A stretch of 64,000 nucleotides of DNA, taken from assembly GCA_963847815.1 (NCBI GenBank), contig CAWKBF010000003.1, positions 970,935-1,034,934 on the forward strand, in the 5' to 3' direction. The position numbers were made by a program, and so were the translations under genes. Position 1 is the first letter of the stretch, and each line of letters begins with the position of its first letter. This DNA comes from an uncultured Acidimicrobiia bacterium. Lineage in GTDB: Bacteria > Actinomycetota > Acidimicrobiia > IMCC26256 > JAENVU01. This document shows positions 61,125 to 64,000 of the stretch, piece by piece. The notes beneath the pieces were generated by a model. It searched no databases. It saw only the letters and a program-made list of their open reading frames with translations, and was not told the origin of the DNA.

Positions 61125-62612
61125 TCAGCCGGCCGTCGGAGGAATCGCGAGCTGGCGGGCGGCGTCGGTGAAGTGCTTGGCCTCGGTCGGCAACATCCAC
61201 CCGTTGAGCTCGGCGCGCAGCGTCGCTCGGTCGAAGGCCTGCACGTACTGATCGTGGGTGGGATACAGGCGGGTGAGCGTCGGCCCGTCGAACGGTGTGG
61301 TGGTGCCGAAGAGCCGGCAGAAGCTGCCACCCGCGTTGACGAGACCGGTCAGGGTTGCGACCGGCACGTCGACTGATGGTGAGCGGACTCCGCCGACCGC
61401 GTTGCCGAGGCTGTCGCGCACGAGCGTCCCGTCCGCTGCGGCCTGGAGGCGCGGCGCGGAGCGCGGTGCGATCCCGTGCTGCACCCAACGGTTCAGGTTC
61501 GCAACCGCGGCGCTCAACACGGCGAAGTGCGCACTCGAGTTGATGGGTGTCGAGCAGTGGAGCACGCCACCGTTGGCCTGGGCCGGGTCGAGGAGCGTCA
61601 GCTCGGCGCGTCCGTCACCGTTGTCGGTGAAGCCGATCTGACCGGTGTACGCGTCGGCGTGCGAGGCGCCGGCCACCTCCCACAGACGGAAGTGCTTGGA
61701 GTCCGGTTGGCGGGCCGGGAGGTAGCCGAGCGCGAGCAGATCGGTCTCGGTCTGGAACGTGAGCACCGGCACATCGGTCTCGCGGGTCGCGACCGTCGCG
61801 GGCAGTGTCTCCGCGCCGCCGAGGCTCGCGGCAGATCCGGAACGGCTGTGCACGAGGAACCCGTCGTAGACGTGCGCGAGGGGATGGACCGCGTTGATGT
61901 AGGTGACCATTCGGAACGCCGACTGCGACTCACCCATTGCGACGACGTCCTTGACGTTGAAGCCGTGCATCGGGTTGGTGGCGGCGCGGGTCTCGACCGC
62001 GCGACCGGCCTGCGAGAAGATGTCGTACGAGTACTCGTCGCCGGGGTGTGAGAGCGATCCGTACCGTGCGGGGTCCGCGCCGCGCAGTCCACCCGCCGGG
62101 ATGCCGTCGGCGGTCGGTGGTCCGCCTTGGACCCCGCCGGCCTGCGCGGACACCCCGACCCAGGCCGCGCCTGAGCGCGTGATCCAGTTGTGGGTGCTGC
62201 CCCAGTCGGGCGCGGTCTCGAAGCCCGCACTCACGTTCAGCCACTCGACGAAGACCGTGCCGTTGAACTTCTTGGGGTCGGCCGGCCGGTAGACGACGAT
62301 GCGCGTCTTGTACGCGGCCTGGTTGGCCGGAGCGACGCTCCACCTGCCGTCCGCGCCGAGTGGAGCAGTCGGCGTGTAGGACCGGGCGTTGCCTTGCAGG
62401 AAGTACTCGTTCCCGACGTAGCCCGGGTGCAGCGTCACGAGGGGCGCGACGAGATTGATGTTGCCGGTGCCACCGGTGACGGGCCCGGTGATCGTCGGGA
62501 CCGGGCCGGTGTCCACGCCGCGATGCCAGCCCCGGTGGTTCCACGGCGCGCATGCAGCACCGACCAGCACGATGACGACCGCGATGACCAACAACGTTCG
62601 GTGAGCTCGCAC
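61125..62612 (-). CDS. Alpha/beta hydrolase domain lipoprotein (Abhydrolase_10-like)
   Basis: Lipobox VGAAC, FNGTVFVEWLNVS, GESQSA, TETD, WEVAGASHAD, GNAVGGVR. Confidence 0.82.
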   Translation of the reverse strand: MRAHRTLLVIAVVIVLVGAACAPWNHRGWHRGVDTGPVPTITGPVTGGTGNINLVAPLVTLHPGYVGNEYFLQGNARSYTPTAPLGADGRWSVAPANQAAYKTRIVVYRPADPKKFNGTVFVEWLNVSAGFETAPDWGSTHNWITRSGAAWVGVSAQAGGVQGGPPTADGIPAGGLRGADPARYGSLSHPGDEYSYDIFSQAGRAVETRAATNPMHGFNVKDVVAMGESQSAFRMVTYINAVHPLAHVYDGFLVHSRSGSAASLGGAETLPATVATRETDVPVLTFQTETDLLALGYLPARQPDSKHFRLWEVAGASHADAYTGQIGFTDNGDGRAELTLLDPAQANGGVLHCSTPINSSAHFAVLSAAVANLNRWVQHGIAPRSAPRLQAAADGTLVRDSLGNAVGGVRSPSVDVPVATLTGLVNAGGSFCRLFGTTTPFDGPTLTRLYPTHDQYVQAFDRATLRAELNGWMLPTEAKHFTDAARQLAIPPTAG

Positions 62613-62667
62613 GTTTCCCCCCGGAATCCGCCCTGTCAGGTGACGAAACCGGACGATAACCGACTGG

Positions 62668-62964
62668 TCAGCGGTAACCCCCGACGACAGTCGCGCCGGA
62701 GGCGACGGGTGCGACCTCGCACCGGTCCCCGATCTCGGCCACGAACCGGCCGAATGCGGGAACATCCTGGAGCGAGTCGGGGTGGTCGTCGTCGAGCTCG
62801 GTGACCACGTGGACGAAGCTCACCCCGTCCTCCAGCCGGAAGACCTTGTACGTGAATCCGGAGGGCTTGCGTTCGTCGAGGTCGGCGAACACGTCCTCGA
62901 TGAGCTTCTGGTTCTCGTCGGCTCGCTCGGGCTTGGCCTGGTAGCGCACCACCGTCGTCTTCAT
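62668..62964 (-). CDS. Small hypothetical protein (ABM-like ferredoxin fold)
   Basis: MKTTVVRYQAKPERADENQ...Y-VFRLEDGVSFVH. Confidence 0.75.
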   Translation of the reverse strand: MKTTVVRYQAKPERADENQKLIEDVFADLDERKPSGFTYKVFRLEDGVSFVHVVTELDDDHPDSLQDVPAFGRFVAEIGDRCEVAPVASGATVVGGYR

Positions 62965-63008
62965 CTTCAGATCCAAAGTCTTTCGTCGGGAACCTGTCCT
63001 CCGCACTC

Positions 63009-63036
63009 AGACCTCGGGGAGGGGCGAGACTCATCG
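63009..63036 (-). promoter_or_regulatory. Putative SigG-type ECF promoter CGATGA-N18-GTCT
   Basis: Minus strand CGATGA-GTCTCGCCCCTCCCCGAG-GTCT upstream of 62964; same architecture as 5339-5366. Confidence 0.6.
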
Positions 63037-63061
63037 GTCGTGCCCCGGGTAGCGTCGGGCC

Positions 63062-63979
63062 ATGACCGCGGCGCACATGTCACCGTCGGAGCTGCGCGCA
63101 CTCGCGCCCGAGCCGTTCGCCCGATGGGACGAGATCGAGGGTGCCGTAAGAAACGCGATCTCGCCCGACCTTCGTCTGCAGGTCCAAGCCGTGGTGGCGT
63201 CGTCGCTGGGAGCCGATCCCGCGGCCGCTGGGCTGGACGCATCGGAGGTGGCGGCGACCGCAGGGTGGCAGGTCTCCGCCGAGGTCGGCGCCGATGAACG
63301 CGCGGTGCTCGAGTTCGCGGAGCAGTTCGTGGTCGACGTCAGCGCGTGCGGGGACGAGCAACGTTCGGCCGCGATGGCTGCGCTCGGTGCGGATGCGTTT
63401 CCGTTCGTGCAGGTGCTCTACGTCGCCGATCTCGGCACCCGAATGCGTGCGGCGTGGCGCCACCTCTTCGGCGTCGACGTCGGCATCACGGCGGTCGACG
63501 GCGCCGACCTGTGGCCGGCGATGGAGTCGTTCATGGGCTCGGTCGCACGCCTCGACGCGCTCGACCCACTGACGACGGAGATCGTCCGGCTGCGCGGCGC
63601 GCGGGCGCACAACTGCCGGCTCTGCAAGTCCATCCGCAACGTCCGGGCGGCGAACAACGGCGCGGACGAGTCGGTCTACGACCAGATCGAGCACTACCAG
63701 TCGAGCACGCTCTCGGTTCGTCATCAGACCGCACTGCGGGTCGTCGACACGATGATCTGGGAGCCACGCTCGTACCCGTCCGAACTCCCGGCCGCGGTGC
63801 GCGCATCGTTCACCGACGCCGAGGTGGTCGAGCTGGTGCTCGACGTCGCCCGCAACGCGGCAAACAAGATTGCCGTGGCGTTCGGCGCCGACGAGGCCCA
63901 CGTCACGGAGGGCGTCGAGTTCTACGACATCGACGACCGTGGCGAGCTCGTCTACGGCCTCACCCCGGACCGGGGCTGA
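63062..63979 (+). CDS. AhpD/carboxymuconolactone decarboxylase-like protein (tandem domains)
   Basis: EIVRLRGARAHNCRLCKSIR (CxxC); N-terminal half is a degenerate repeat (ERAVLEFAEQFVVD). Confidence 0.82.
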   Translation: MTAAHMSPSELRALAPEPFARWDEIEGAVRNAISPDLRLQVQAVVASSLGADPAAAGLDASEVAATAGWQVSAEVGADERAVLEFAEQFVVDVSACGDEQRSAAMAALGADAFPFVQVLYVADLGTRMRAAWRHLFGVDVGITAVDGADLWPAMESFMGSVARLDALDPLTTEIVRLRGARAHNCRLCKSIRNVRAANNGADESVYDQIEHYQSSTLSVRHQTALRVVDTMIWEPRSYPSELPAAVRASFTDAEVVELVLDVARNAANKIAVAFGADEAHVTEGVEFYDIDDRGELVYGLTPDRG

Positions 63980-64000
63980 CGGGTCCGGAAGCACGGTCTC

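Noticed and set aside
1-64000. CRISPR arrays, IS elements, prophage, DGR/retron, tRNA/rRNA, selenocysteine or pyrrolysine readthrough
   Set aside because: By-eye reading found no regularly spaced repeats, transposase/integrase/RT motifs, RNA gene signatures or in-frame stops at catalytic positions; Infernal/tRNAscan would be needed to exclude small RNAs.

Overview
High-GC actinobacterial chromosomal DNA; the gene content looks most like Acidimicrobiia, which is an inference. About 65 genes are densely packed, and I see no rRNA, tRNA, CRISPR array, transposase or prophage. About 15 otherwise ordinary genes are split by apparent single-indel frameshifts, most simply uncorrected long-read errors. 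Recognisable content: (1) a translationally coupled, uncharacterised envelope-modification cluster (response regulator, GT-C-like membrane protein, GT2, DUF2064/TIGR04282, methyltransferase, heme-b/Moco oxidoreductase with an internal twin-arginine motif); (2) a sulfotransferase-alkylsulfatase-SDR-ADH operon; (3) a SigG-like ECF sigma with back-to-back promoters; (4) F420 enzymes, crotonases, TauD, DyP, LigB, a copper-radical oxidase and an AfsR/SARP-STAND regulator with visible direct-repeat boxes; (5) mutAB-meaB, a stand-alone LigD-type polymerase, FadD and prfC. The most unusual items are a signal-less 80-aa HiPIP-like protein, the 280-5319 cluster, the sulfotransferase/variant-sulfatase operon, an unannotated 37-aa Lys/Arg-rich peptide behind a leaderless uORF, and a chimeric ORF built from adenylate-cyclase and FAD-monooxygenase fragments. 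All family assignments come from motif recognition by eye, not from database searches.
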